Of a DNA stretch of 64,000 bases, positions 1-9,185 are shown one piece after another; the first letter of the stretch is position 1; the number at the start of each line of letters is the position of its first letter. The position numbers and the translations under genes were made by a program. This DNA is from a virus. Below the pieces are notes generated by a model. It was not told the origin of the DNA. It saw only the letters and a list, made by a program, of their open reading frames with translations, and did not search any database. The stretch is taken from IMG/VR virus record IMGVR_UViG_3300031552_000001, positions 128,138 through 192,137 of that record, one strand, 5' to 3'.

Positions 1-1
1 T

Positions 2-406
2 GTATTCCCATAAGAATTGAGCTTCGGGAATGATGTTCTCTCCACAGGGTACTCGGGATAATTGAATGTTTACGGTAGCTGTAATAGGGAGGCTATCCAA
101 CTCCCCGTCGTTAACCACAAGCTCCACTACATAGTAGCCGGTCTTATCTGGTATAAAGGACACCGCTGAGGAATTCGGGCGTATGTCTTTAAGGCTAGAG
201 TCGACTATCTCACTGCCAATAGGAACTTGGACAAATCTCCAATGAAAACTTATAGGCTGCCCTTCAGGATCGTAACTCTTCCTACCATCAAGCTGAATAA
301 TCGCGCCTATAACTGTGTCTATTTTTGCGTGGGCCAATAAGGCGACAGGTTTCTGATTATCAGAACCTGTAGTGGTAGTTGTAAATCTCCTGGATGGAGT
401 GGCCAT
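2..406 (-). CDS. PKD/REJ-like Ig-domain virion protein, runs off the window start (not in ORF track)
   Basis: Manual translation MATPSRR...LDGRKSYDPEGQPISFHW...FIPDKTGYYVVELVVNDGELDS matches the PKD/K319-type LDG-S-DP-G...W...PD-G-Y-L-V-DG-DS pattern; its ATG overlaps the upstream stop (TAATG). Confidence 0.75.
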   Translation of the reverse strand, partial: MATPSRRFTTTTTGSDNQKPVALLAHAKIDTVIGAIIQLDGRKSYDPEGQPISFHWRFVQVPIGSEIVDSSLKDIRPNSSAVSFIPDKTGYYVVELVVNDGELDSLPITATVNIQLSRVPCGENIIPEAQFLWEY

Positions 407-2928
407 TACACGTCCTCTACCTCAACCAAAACATCCGTACCGTGGTTGAATCGTGTCAGCAATTCTTGCTCTGATAGTACAGGCGCCGAAGATACGTCGT
501 ATCCGTCAGATATGCAAAAGGACAGATTTTGTATATCGCTAATAGTAGCAATACCACTCTCCGCATGCCCAATCTCTACTCTGGGATTACCTCCCCCTAA
601 GTGTGCGGGGTAGTCAAACAACCGCTCTTCAAAATCTATAACAGGCAACGGGCTTTCATCTACGAATAGCCGAAGACTTCCCCCTACGTTTTTCTCTAGC
701 CGGTAAAGATGGAACATTGTCCAATCTATTGCATAATACGAACCCTCTAACGCCCTACCAGAGCGAATGGCAAAAAGATTTTCCCAGGCGTTATCGAAGG
801 TCGCAAGCATCACAATTTTTCCGATATCTGGGCCGGCATCTGCGAATATCAGAGCAGTACGATTTACTCCATCTAGTACTTGGGCCATAAGTCCAGTACT
901 GACTCTCACTGGATTTAGCCCAGATACTCCGTAATCCGAAAGCGTCTCATCGTGGGTATAAGAGAACACTCTGGCTCTGAATTCTAAGGTCCATCCGCTA
1001 TTCGACTGTAGAGTAGTGGCATACTCTCTTTTCAAATACGTATTGTCGGAAGCGCTATCATCGGATATTCTAACGAAGCTAGGGTCAATAATCTCATTCC
1101 ACCGAATGGCAGGGTTTCCTGAGTCTGCCCCAGAAGCAGCAGGGTTATCGATAATAACCGAAGTAGGGTCTATGAATGCGGTAATGAGGTAAATGCCGGG
1201 GTTATCACCATTAAAAATTTCCAGGTAGTTCCCTGGAGCATCTGTGCTTATCCCAGTCAAGCCGCTTACGGTAACAACCGTACCAGACTTTACTATGCTG
1301 GCTAAAGAGCCTGAGTTGACCTCTGAGGACAAAGTGGACGGGGCTACTTCGCCCGACCCCATTTTAGTCCACATGGGGGAAGACGAAATGAAATCCTTCC
1401 AGTCTACCGCCTCGATGTTCGTAGAATACCTAGCCTGGCGTACGGCCATTCTAGCGATAGCCCTCCCAGAATTTGCGTTATGTAAAAAACCCAAACCGGG
1501 GCCCGGCATTCCTGACACGGGCAAAGAGGCGTAGTTCACTTCGATTATCGAAAGTATTTCGACCCCTTCTTCTGTTTCCGAAAGTACGAAAAGTTCAGCG
1601 CTTATTCCCGGTGTAAGCACCAACCTGTATGTTCTTTCTATAGAGAACCCCACTACCTCTGATTCGTAGGACGAGATTAACGAAGGGTTTCCTGCGCCAA
1701 TTAGAATTCCAACACCCTGCTCGCCAGAAGAGTCTTGAAGAAAGGCGAGCCTAGCTTGTCTAGTTCCGTCATCAATGTATACCTCAATTCCCGTAGTCTC
1801 CACTAAAACATCCTGGAACAGCACTTCACCAGAGATCTTGATATCGAATAGAGTTTTTTCTGTAACTTTCGGTTCTGCTCGATAATACCCTATGCTTTCG
1901 ACTAAAGAGCTTCTTTCTAGAACAAGACCTCTAGTACTTATGCTGCTACCCCCGCCTATAGTGCCAAAAGAGGAGGGTAGTGATTGCCACGCGCTTAGGG
2001 AATTTTCAGGAGGGTCCGTGCCTTCATAGTACGTTTGATTATTTGTAATGATAGAAGTTATGTGCTCTCCCCTGACTATGCCGTTCAATATGGGGTTAGT
2101 AACTATATTGAATAGATATATATCCTTCCACTCACTAATGCTCACTTGCGTAGCGTAGTTTCCGTGACCAAAAAACAGCCAAGGTTGTTGGTCTCTCTGT
2201 TCCTGAGAAGGTAACGTGGAGAAATCCGACACCGCTCCGGTAATTAGTAACTGGTCCGTATCCGAAGAAGCATCTTTCACATACAGTTTTACCAAATCCT
2301 GTTCTGGACACCAAAGTAGCTTGTACGTATTTGAGCCGTCCGCATTTAATGCCACTGCCTCATCCCAATCGAAACTAGAGACGTAAGAGCCGCTAGGGGG
2401 CGTAGTAGCTGTCAACGCGGCCGAATGGATTTCAATTCTTTGAGTCCCTGCATTCGTAAAAAACTTAACTGTCAGCCCTGAGTTGTTAATGAGAATGCCG
2501 ACAAGAACTCCGCAAAAATCCGTACCGTCTACGGTAACCTCAGTTCTGTTTAAGCGCAGAGTGAATTCTGCCATTAGAGAATCTAAAGGTTCAGCAGGGG
2601 CTTCTAACCCTCCCATGAAGTAAACAGCCTCTTGGTTTTGGCTAGGAGTGTTCTTGTCAATTCTTAGAAAATCGTCCGGCAAAATGGACCTATCTGCCGG
2701 AACTCCAGGAGACCCTGACAAGGCTTGAAAGCTTATAGTAGGAGGAGGATCTATTTCCTCGGGGAGTTCCCCTCCTCGATAAAATACCGGACCTGTGCCC
2801 AAAAAAAGCTGTAAAGTAGAGCGATCTATCCCCGTAACCGCGTCTCTCAAACTGAACCTAGTTGATGCCCCTATCGGAGCGATAGAGCCGTCTAATGGGG
2901 CCATATTGGTGATAATAGGAGTTGTCAA
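406..2928 (-). CDS. beta-rich virion/baseplate-associated structural protein, 840 aa
   Basis: Long ORF in the structural operon; contains one PGNYLEIFNGDNPGIYLI repeat shared with neighbouring baseplate proteins. Confidence 0.6.
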   Translation of the reverse strand: MTTPIITNMAPLDGSIAPIGASTRFSLRDAVTGIDRSTLQLFLGTGPVFYRGGELPEEIDPPPTISFQALSGSPGVPADRSILPDDFLRIDKNTPSQNQEAVYFMGGLEAPAEPLDSLMAEFTLRLNRTEVTVDGTDFCGVLVGILINNSGLTVKFFTNAGTQRIEIHSAALTATTPPSGSYVSSFDWDEAVALNADGSNTYKLLWCPEQDLVKLYVKDASSDTDQLLITGAVSDFSTLPSQEQRDQQPWLFFGHGNYATQVSISEWKDIYLFNIVTNPILNGIVRGEHITSIITNNQTYYEGTDPPENSLSAWQSLPSSFGTIGGGSSISTRGLVLERSSLVESIGYYRAEPKVTEKTLFDIKISGEVLFQDVLVETTGIEVYIDDGTRQARLAFLQDSSGEQGVGILIGAGNPSLISSYESEVVGFSIERTYRLVLTPGISAELFVLSETEEGVEILSIIEVNYASLPVSGMPGPGLGFLHNANSGRAIARMAVRQARYSTNIEAVDWKDFISSSPMWTKMGSGEVAPSTLSSEVNSGSLASIVKSGTVVTVSGLTGISTDAPGNYLEIFNGDNPGIYLITAFIDPTSVIIDNPAASGADSGNPAIRWNEIIDPSFVRISDDSASDNTYLKREYATTLQSNSGWTLEFRARVFSYTHDETLSDYGVSGLNPVRVSTGLMAQVLDGVNRTALIFADAGPDIGKIVMLATFDNAWENLFAIRSGRALEGSYYAIDWTMFHLYRLEKNVGGSLRLFVDESPLPVIDFEERLFDYPAHLGGGNPRVEIGHAESGIATISDIQNLSFCISDGYDVSSAPVLSEQELLTRFNHGTDVLVEVEDV

Positions 2929-2957
2929 AGAAATGACTCCCGCGTTATAGTAGACGA

Positions 2958-3338
2958 ATGCTCCGCACTATGGACCCGAGTATTGTACGTAAACTCCTCG
3001 AAGAGCAACCCGATACTCTCTCTGAAGAGGTCAAAAAAGAAGAGGAGCTTTTCCAAAGGCTGTCTTGCCCCATGTGCAAGGAGCGAGGGGGATGTGAAAA
3101 AAGACTTACGCCGCCAAAAGTTGTAGTAGATGAAACGGGGGCTGTGACGCTCCTGTCTTCCCCGTTCTCCTCCGAATATGCTCTTCCCCAAGGATACGCT
3201 CATTGTGCTCATTGCGGCACCGATTTCGACCCTCATTCAGGCGTCATTTCAAGAACGGAGACTACGGGAATCGCCCCAGTCGACTCCGACCCGGCTTCTA
3301 AGATTCTCGTTCCACCTTTAGGCTCTCACCAAGAGTAG
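2958..3338 (+). CDS. small zinc-finger protein
   Basis: CPMC...C and CAHC motifs; fills the gap between two minus-strand genes. Confidence 0.55.
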   Translation: MLRTMDPSIVRKLLEEQPDTLSEEVKKEEELFQRLSCPMCKERGGCEKRLTPPKVVVDETGAVTLLSSPFSSEYALPQGYAHCAHCGTDFDPHSGVISRTETTGIAPVDSDPASKILVPPLGSHQE

Positions 3339-6300
3339 TAAAAAAGCACGAGATTCTTCCAGTGCCGTTATACGGCACATCCATGCTTCCTCCTAGACGA
3401 TTCTCTGTTCGATTTACAACCAGCTTTCGATCCAAGTCATGAGTTAAGGTGGCTAAAATAATAGGGTGGTCTACAGAAGACGCCCCTCTTCTAGTAGCAA
3501 AAGCTTCAATATCCGACACCTCTAATTCATCTAACGCCCCTAAATTATTGATATACTCCTCTATGACAGCCCCTATATCTGCAGCCGAAGAACCTCCACG
3601 GTACGTGATTTGAGTAAACACATATGAAGGTAAAAAATGCCTTCCTAGAGGATTTGCGTTTATGGGCCTCTCCGAGTCGGAACGCATAAGGTCATGAACC
3701 AATTTGGCGGTAGTGGAAGTCTCATAGGTAACTTTTAAATTACGACCGCTAACCTCAGTCATATTCTCCGGGCTGTCACTATTACCTACAGGTAAAAACC
3801 TTCTGTCAAACGTTAATGAGACTTGCTCAAACGGTGAAAAAGTAAGATTGTTGTTCTCCACTACATAAGTGTACCCGTCCGCCGTCATACCAGATTGAAC
3901 CACTAACCTGTCGTTCCTGTTCAGGTTAAACTCATCCCCAGAACCTGACGACTCCACAGGGACATCGACGTAGTAGAAAGAGCCGTCGGTGCTTTCACTC
4001 ATCTCAGTTGCACCTACTCGAAAGACTCCAGGCCTCACTAGTCTAAACGGCACCAGTTCTCCTGGCGCAAGCTGACCGTCGTCACTTTCATACTTGCCGA
4101 CGGTTAGCATCTTTACAGAGCCGTAAAGCCCACCCCAAATCCTATAAGGATAGTTGGTCCCTGTAACCAAAAACAGCTTGGACGGGTTGCCTACAATCTC
4201 CAAAGCGGTTTCTGACCCAACTGAAGCAATAGGGTATACTCCTGCATTTTGCCCAGTAAGAATCTCCAGTCTATCCCCCGCAACTACTCCCGAGCTCACG
4301 AAGGTGGCCGAGGCGTCTACAAAATCCACGGTAGTGGTCACATTTCCTCTACCGCTCAAGCTTATGTCTTGCCTCTTTGTGGCAACCTGAAGTACCTCAG
4401 CCTGAGTAGGGACGGATTTGTAAATTCGAAAGGCGTGACTTACGTTTACGCTGCCCGCCGTATTTACCCAAGAGAACAGTCCTGTAGCGAAGGGTATAAT
4501 ATCACCAGAAACGTAATCCACTTGTGGGTAGGTACCGGGGTCCATATCAAGCTCAGCTTGACTCACTCCCGGAATGGAGATCACTTCAAACGTGCCGTCT
4601 ATATCGCCTCGAGTAGACTCGAAGATAGTGACAAAATTACCTATTTGCGTTCCTGGGCTATCGGTTAAGTCCTCCATTGTTATTGTAGATACGCCTGGGG
4701 TAAGAGTAGCGTCTCTGGACGACCCCGGGGCTTCTTGCAGTGCTATACTCTCGGTCGAGGTAGTCATTACCGTATTCAAACGAAGAACCTTATCGCTGAC
4801 CACCTCCTCTATGACGTACTCTCCTGCGTCAGGGCCCTCATCGATATACAAAGCTTGGCCGACTAGCGGATACGCTGAATTCATAGCGGTAAAGTCGATA
4901 AGAGAATTTGACGGCACAGACACTCTGTTAGAGCCGGCAATGGTCCTTAGCCCCGCGGGCTTTCCGAAAATGCCCAGCTCTTGAAAAGTTTCTCCGCCTG
5001 AATTACGGAACGGTATTTGTTCATTGACTTCTAATACGTCTCCTACTTCAATCTCTAGACCGAATACTTGTGTTACTGATGGATCGGTCAACTCTAAGAT
5101 AGATTCGAACTCATTAGGTGTACTTGTCTCATAGTTCCTAACGACTCTTAGGTATCTAGACTTTTCATCACCAGAACCCTCAGCCGGTAGAAGTCTATAC
5201 CCATCAACCTCTGAGAAAAAATACTCCTTGGGCGTCCCATCGTTATCGTAATTTAATCTGCCTCCGGGCAACCCCGTTACGATCTCTACAGAAGTGGGTT
5301 CATGAAAATAAATGCGGGCTATGCCAGCAGAAGCTACCCCTACCGTGTAATGAATCCCTGTTATTAGCTGAGACCATTCCACCCCACCGTCTGCAGCAGC
5401 TACAACTTCTATGTAATTGTCGGAAGGAAGCCCGTCCCCCGTACCCACACGCGCAACGGTATATTTACCCTCATTGTCCGTGTTGAATATGTTAAGCCTA
5501 TACCCAGGTACTACGCCTTCCGCTACGAAATCTACCTCTGCGTCATAGAGCCGAATGTTGACCGTTCCAGTGCCTACTTGAGATTCTCCGGTAAAGCTCT
5601 CCTGCTGCACCCCCTCGGCCCTGTTGGAAAAGACCCCTAACGCTCTAACGTCTATCGCTTCCCCATAAGGAATCGTTATTCCTGTAGGTTGAGAGCTAGA
5701 GTCTAGCAGCTCCACCTCCTTAACTCGCACTAAGGGCCTCTCTATGCCAGTAAAAGATCGATAAACGAGAAAGTCTAGGGGAGACCCCGAAGAAGGGAGC
5801 ACGGAGTCTAATAAAGCCGTAGTGCCTGTTACCGAAATTATAGAGTAAGTCCCCTTACTCTGCCCCTCAAGTATTTCCAACACGTCCCCTTCTTCCACTC
5901 CAGCAAGAAGGAAATTAGTAGTCCCCGACACTCCAACTTGAGCACTACCCGCGGTAGCGACCAAATCGTCGCCTAAAAACACGCTTCCAAGAGGTATCTT
6001 CGTTATCCGGGGATCAACGAGGCTCACATTGAGCTCGTCAGCTATTCTGTAGCGTATTCCACTGCCGTCTCCCGTACCTAACGGCGTTACTGTCTTGGTC
6101 AGATCCCTATCCAGAAGAATAGTATCCCCCGTATCTAACCAATCGAATATTTCTCGAATAGTGTATATTCCTGCATCGTCCCCGTTCTCTATTACAACGG
6201 AATCTCCCACTTCCGCTCCAATAACTTCCAAGTCTGAACCAGAAGGCACATCAGGGCTAGCATAGACCAACCGCGTGCCGTCTCTATCTCGTACCCTGTT

Positions 6301-8076
6301 TTTGATACTCACCTTCTCTACCACTCTAAAGTCGGTATCAAACGCCGCATCATTTGAACCAAGGGTATAAGGGGTAGAGGGGTCTTCTTCGTTAGTAAGA
6401 CTTACCTGTATACGCACCACCCTTACGGGCGGAGAGATAGTCCCTCCGTTGCTGTAGTACTCCTCGTCCAAGACATCTAGTATTTCCAGTAGAGCTTGAC
6501 CTCCGCCGTCGAGTATTTGGATATATCGCCCTACATCCTCCTCAGTTGGCTTCCACGGAACGTACGGGTCTGAAGGGTCGGTGACGTCGTCGTACTGGCA
6601 AATAAGTATGTGGTCTGTTACGCCGTTTCCGAATCTATCTATGCTAGGTCTAAGGGCCTGGTCTTCTATTCTAGGCGTTACGTGAACGAACTCGTCCTCC
6701 CGCTCGCCGAAAGTCTCTAGGTCCACGCCAAAGTGCAAAGGGCTGCCATCTAACACACCCTCAAACGCTACTTCTCTTTGAATAGGAGCTCCTGCCCTTA
6801 CAAACACATCTACCATACCGCCAATGTGTATTTCACCTGAATTTATTTGTATCTCCCCAGCAGGGGTAGTCGGCTGAAGTATTCCTCCAGGTATCCCAGA
6901 AAGAGTTATCGACGCCCTGGCTCTGGAAACAGAGAAGCTTCCTCCAGTGATACCGCCAGCTATGGAAGGAGAGACCTGTATAGTTTGAAGGGATACAGCC
7001 GTGACGGTGTGCTCAGATACGACACCCGTAGAAACGTCCATGTACACAACATGGTCGCCTACCAACAACTCAGCCTCGAAGAAAGTATCCTCTAGTGTTC
7101 CGTCATGGGCGAGAATGGAGTTAGTGGGGTTAGTTAATGTAATAGTAGGCCCACCAGCCCCCGTGTCCCCCAAGAAATAAACAAAAGGTAAAGGCCTAGC
7201 CGACTCTCCTGTTACAATGTCGCGGTTCATTTCAGGGTCGCCGTAGCCTATAGCCTGCACTAGCCTTATGTTTTCAAACACTTCTAGAAGGCGGGCATTG
7301 ATTCCCCTGAAAGTCACTAAAGACTTCTCTGTAAGAGAATTACTGACTCGAGTTATATAAGCAGCGGTGTTTTCCTTATCGGCGCCCTCTTCAAACTTGT
7401 ACCTATTCTTCACTTTTACTACAGAGGGCAGCTCTTCTATTCCAGTAAGAGAGTTGGGCTCTATATTGTAGTCCAGCCCCTCTTGCTCTGCTCTCACTAT
7501 GATATCGAAATAGAACAAGTTATCTTCTGAATTGAAAAGCATATTACTGGAAGAGATAGCTTGATTCTCTACCGGAAAAAATCTGTGCCCTGAGCCGTCG
7601 TAAACTGCGTTATTGGGAGTTACCGTAGCTCCTTGAGGCGCTGTAAAGTAAAGCCTAGCAATTCCGACAGAAGTACCGCCTGCTCTTCTCTTCCCAAAAT
7701 AATTTGCGCAAAGGTTATCTGCCTCCCTCTCATTAAGATTGCCTGGATCCGCTAAAGACTGATTAACAGACACCTGTTGGATTTGTCTTCTAAACGGTTC
7801 TAAGAGAATTTGGAGAGGCTTTACTAATAAGTCATCTAAGGGCTCTCCGTCTTGAAGAACCATATCGGGAAAGGCGGTAGCTAATCTATTCAGGATAAAA
7901 GTTCGTATAGGCGTATTGTAAGGGTCTGGGCCCAGTCTAGTTAAAAGAGGCAGGATTACCGTAGTGTAGAAAGAAGAGCCGGAGCTTGTGTCGATAGCCG
8001 AATCGTATTCTTGAATCCTCTCTTGAATGTACAGAGTGAGTTCTTCAAGGTCAGTAATCACGTTTATGTCAGACAT
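3298..8076 (-). CDS. very large baseplate wedge protein (baseplate J / T4 gp6-like termini with repeated internal beta domains), 1592 aa
   Basis: N-terminal ARLYFTAP...VRAEQEGLDYNI...GADKENTAAYITRV resembles Baseplate_J; at least six G-D-x-L-x-I-x-x-G-x-x-A-G-x-Y-x-I repeats. Confidence 0.75.
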   Translation of the reverse strand: MSDINVITDLEELTLYIQERIQEYDSAIDTSSGSSFYTTVILPLLTRLGPDPYNTPIRTFILNRLATAFPDMVLQDGEPLDDLLVKPLQILLEPFRRQIQQVSVNQSLADPGNLNEREADNLCANYFGKRRAGGTSVGIARLYFTAPQGATVTPNNAVYDGSGHRFFPVENQAISSSNMLFNSEDNLFYFDIIVRAEQEGLDYNIEPNSLTGIEELPSVVKVKNRYKFEEGADKENTAAYITRVSNSLTEKSLVTFRGINARLLEVFENIRLVQAIGYGDPEMNRDIVTGESARPLPFVYFLGDTGAGGPTITLTNPTNSILAHDGTLEDTFFEAELLVGDHVVYMDVSTGVVSEHTVTAVSLQTIQVSPSIAGGITGGSFSVSRARASITLSGIPGGILQPTTPAGEIQINSGEIHIGGMVDVFVRAGAPIQREVAFEGVLDGSPLHFGVDLETFGEREDEFVHVTPRIEDQALRPSIDRFGNGVTDHILICQYDDVTDPSDPYVPWKPTEEDVGRYIQILDGGGQALLEILDVLDEEYYSNGGTISPPVRVVRIQVSLTNEEDPSTPYTLGSNDAAFDTDFRVVEKVSIKNRVRDRDGTRLVYASPDVPSGSDLEVIGAEVGDSVVIENGDDAGIYTIREIFDWLDTGDTILLDRDLTKTVTPLGTGDGSGIRYRIADELNVSLVDPRITKIPLGSVFLGDDLVATAGSAQVGVSGTTNFLLAGVEEGDVLEILEGQSKGTYSIISVTGTTALLDSVLPSSGSPLDFLVYRSFTGIERPLVRVKEVELLDSSSQPTGITIPYGEAIDVRALGVFSNRAEGVQQESFTGESQVGTGTVNIRLYDAEVDFVAEGVVPGYRLNIFNTDNEGKYTVARVGTGDGLPSDNYIEVVAAADGGVEWSQLITGIHYTVGVASAGIARIYFHEPTSVEIVTGLPGGRLNYDNDGTPKEYFFSEVDGYRLLPAEGSGDEKSRYLRVVRNYETSTPNEFESILELTDPSVTQVFGLEIEVGDVLEVNEQIPFRNSGGETFQELGIFGKPAGLRTIAGSNRVSVPSNSLIDFTAMNSAYPLVGQALYIDEGPDAGEYVIEEVVSDKVLRLNTVMTTSTESIALQEAPGSSRDATLTPGVSTITMEDLTDSPGTQIGNFVTIFESTRGDIDGTFEVISIPGVSQAELDMDPGTYPQVDYVSGDIIPFATGLFSWVNTAGSVNVSHAFRIYKSVPTQAEVLQVATKRQDISLSGRGNVTTTVDFVDASATFVSSGVVAGDRLEILTGQNAGVYPIASVGSETALEIVGNPSKLFLVTGTNYPYRIWGGLYGSVKMLTVGKYESDDGQLAPGELVPFRLVRPGVFRVGATEMSESTDGSFYYVDVPVESSGSGDEFNLNRNDRLVVQSGMTADGYTYVVENNNLTFSPFEQVSLTFDRRFLPVGNSDSPENMTEVSGRNLKVTYETSTTAKLVHDLMRSDSERPINANPLGRHFLPSYVFTQITYRGGSSAADIGAVIEEYINNLGALDELEVSDIEAFATRRGASSVDHPIILATLTHDLDRKLVVNRTENRLGGSMDVPYNGTGRISCFFTTLGESLKVERES

Positions 8077-8084
8077 AACTCACC

Positions 8085-8741
8085 TCACAGCACAAGGGCA
8101 CTAACTGCATCAGTACCGCCCGCGCTTTCTATGAATACTCTAGCTCTGGCTTGCATGTGCTCTTCATAAACCTTTAAGTCTACAAGGTTCGCACTTAACA
8201 ATCTTTCGCTTAAAGGAAGTGTCGGTACCGCAATTTGAGCCGCTCTGATTTGAGAAACCGTCGTGCTTACAGCCCTAGTAATGGACGCCAGTACAGGCTG
8301 CATATCTCTGCTAGTAGAAACCTTGCCCACTATCTGCTGTAACCCTCCTCCTCTAGAAGGGTTGAACAAATCAGAGCCCGGAGACTGAAGAATCCATTTA
8401 GTGAATAACTGTATCAGCTTCAGTATCCCATCTATTTTCTGGGTCTTATTCCCTATTTCAAATTCGATCTTTGAAGACTCCACCTCTCTAGAAAAAGAAC
8501 TGCTCAGTACCTCAATTGAGGAAATAGGGCCGGTATTATCGGGTAGCTGCGCGTAAATCGTTTTCTTATTTACTATCATAAACTCTGGGACTTCTACCTC
8601 ATTTACTGTCACCTTCATAGCTGTAGAGAAGTTACGGCCTTTAAGTTCTATCGTCAAAGGGGTGAGGCCTTCAACAAACCCCGGTATAGCCAGCACGGGA
8701 AGAATGTCTCTAAATTTAATCACTTCCAGTTGATAGGCCAC
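8085..8741 (-). CDS. baseplate wedge protein, gp25/GPW-like, with N-terminal IPT/TIG-like domain
   Basis: GILKLIQLFTKWILQSPGSDLFNPSRGGGL is typical of the gp25 family; lies directly upstream of the baseplate J-like gene. Confidence 0.7.
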   Translation of the reverse strand: MAYQLEVIKFRDILPVLAIPGFVEGLTPLTIELKGRNFSTAMKVTVNEVEVPEFMIVNKKTIYAQLPDNTGPISSIEVLSSSFSREVESSKIEFEIGNKTQKIDGILKLIQLFTKWILQSPGSDLFNPSRGGGLQQIVGKVSTSRDMQPVLASITRAVSTTVSQIRAAQIAVPTLPLSERLLSANLVDLKVYEEHMQARARVFIESAGGTDAVSALVL

Positions 8742-8744
8742 GAG

Positions 8745-9185
8745 CTATTCCTCTGGTGCCGCAACATCCGCCACGTCAGTGTATTCCTCCGGCGACGCCA
8801 CTTCAATGGGCTCTTGGTCCTTAACCTCTTCCACGACCTGGTCCAACTCATTCACAATTGCAAGGAGTCTGTCCAGTTTTGTAGGTCGGTTAGTGTCGCT
8901 GCCTCCAAGAAAATTTGCTCGAGCAACTTCACTCTTTCCCGCTTCTTCTATGGCATCGGGGTTGTAGGAGTAAGGGTCATATTGAGCCGCGTTAGACCTT
9001 TCGGATTCTCCATTTCGCTGAATCTGGTCTCCCATCAACTGCTCAATGGTAACCGTGGCAAAGGCACTGTTTGCTTCTGCGCTGCGGATAAAAGAAAAGG
9101 CATCTGCTATAGCGTCTCGAAGTCGCTTTCCCGTACTAGGGTCTAAATTAGCATCTACAAACGCAGCAAGAGAATCTTCACTCAT
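8745..9185 (-). CDS. hypothetical acidic protein
   Basis: ORF coupled to both neighbours. Confidence 0.5.
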   Translation of the reverse strand: MSEDSLAAFVDANLDPSTGKRLRDAIADAFSFIRSAEANSAFATVTIEQLMGDQIQRNGESERSNAAQYDPYSYNPDAIEEAGKSEVARANFLGGSDTNRPTKLDRLLAIVNELDQVVEEVKDQEPIEVASPEEYTDVADVAAPEE

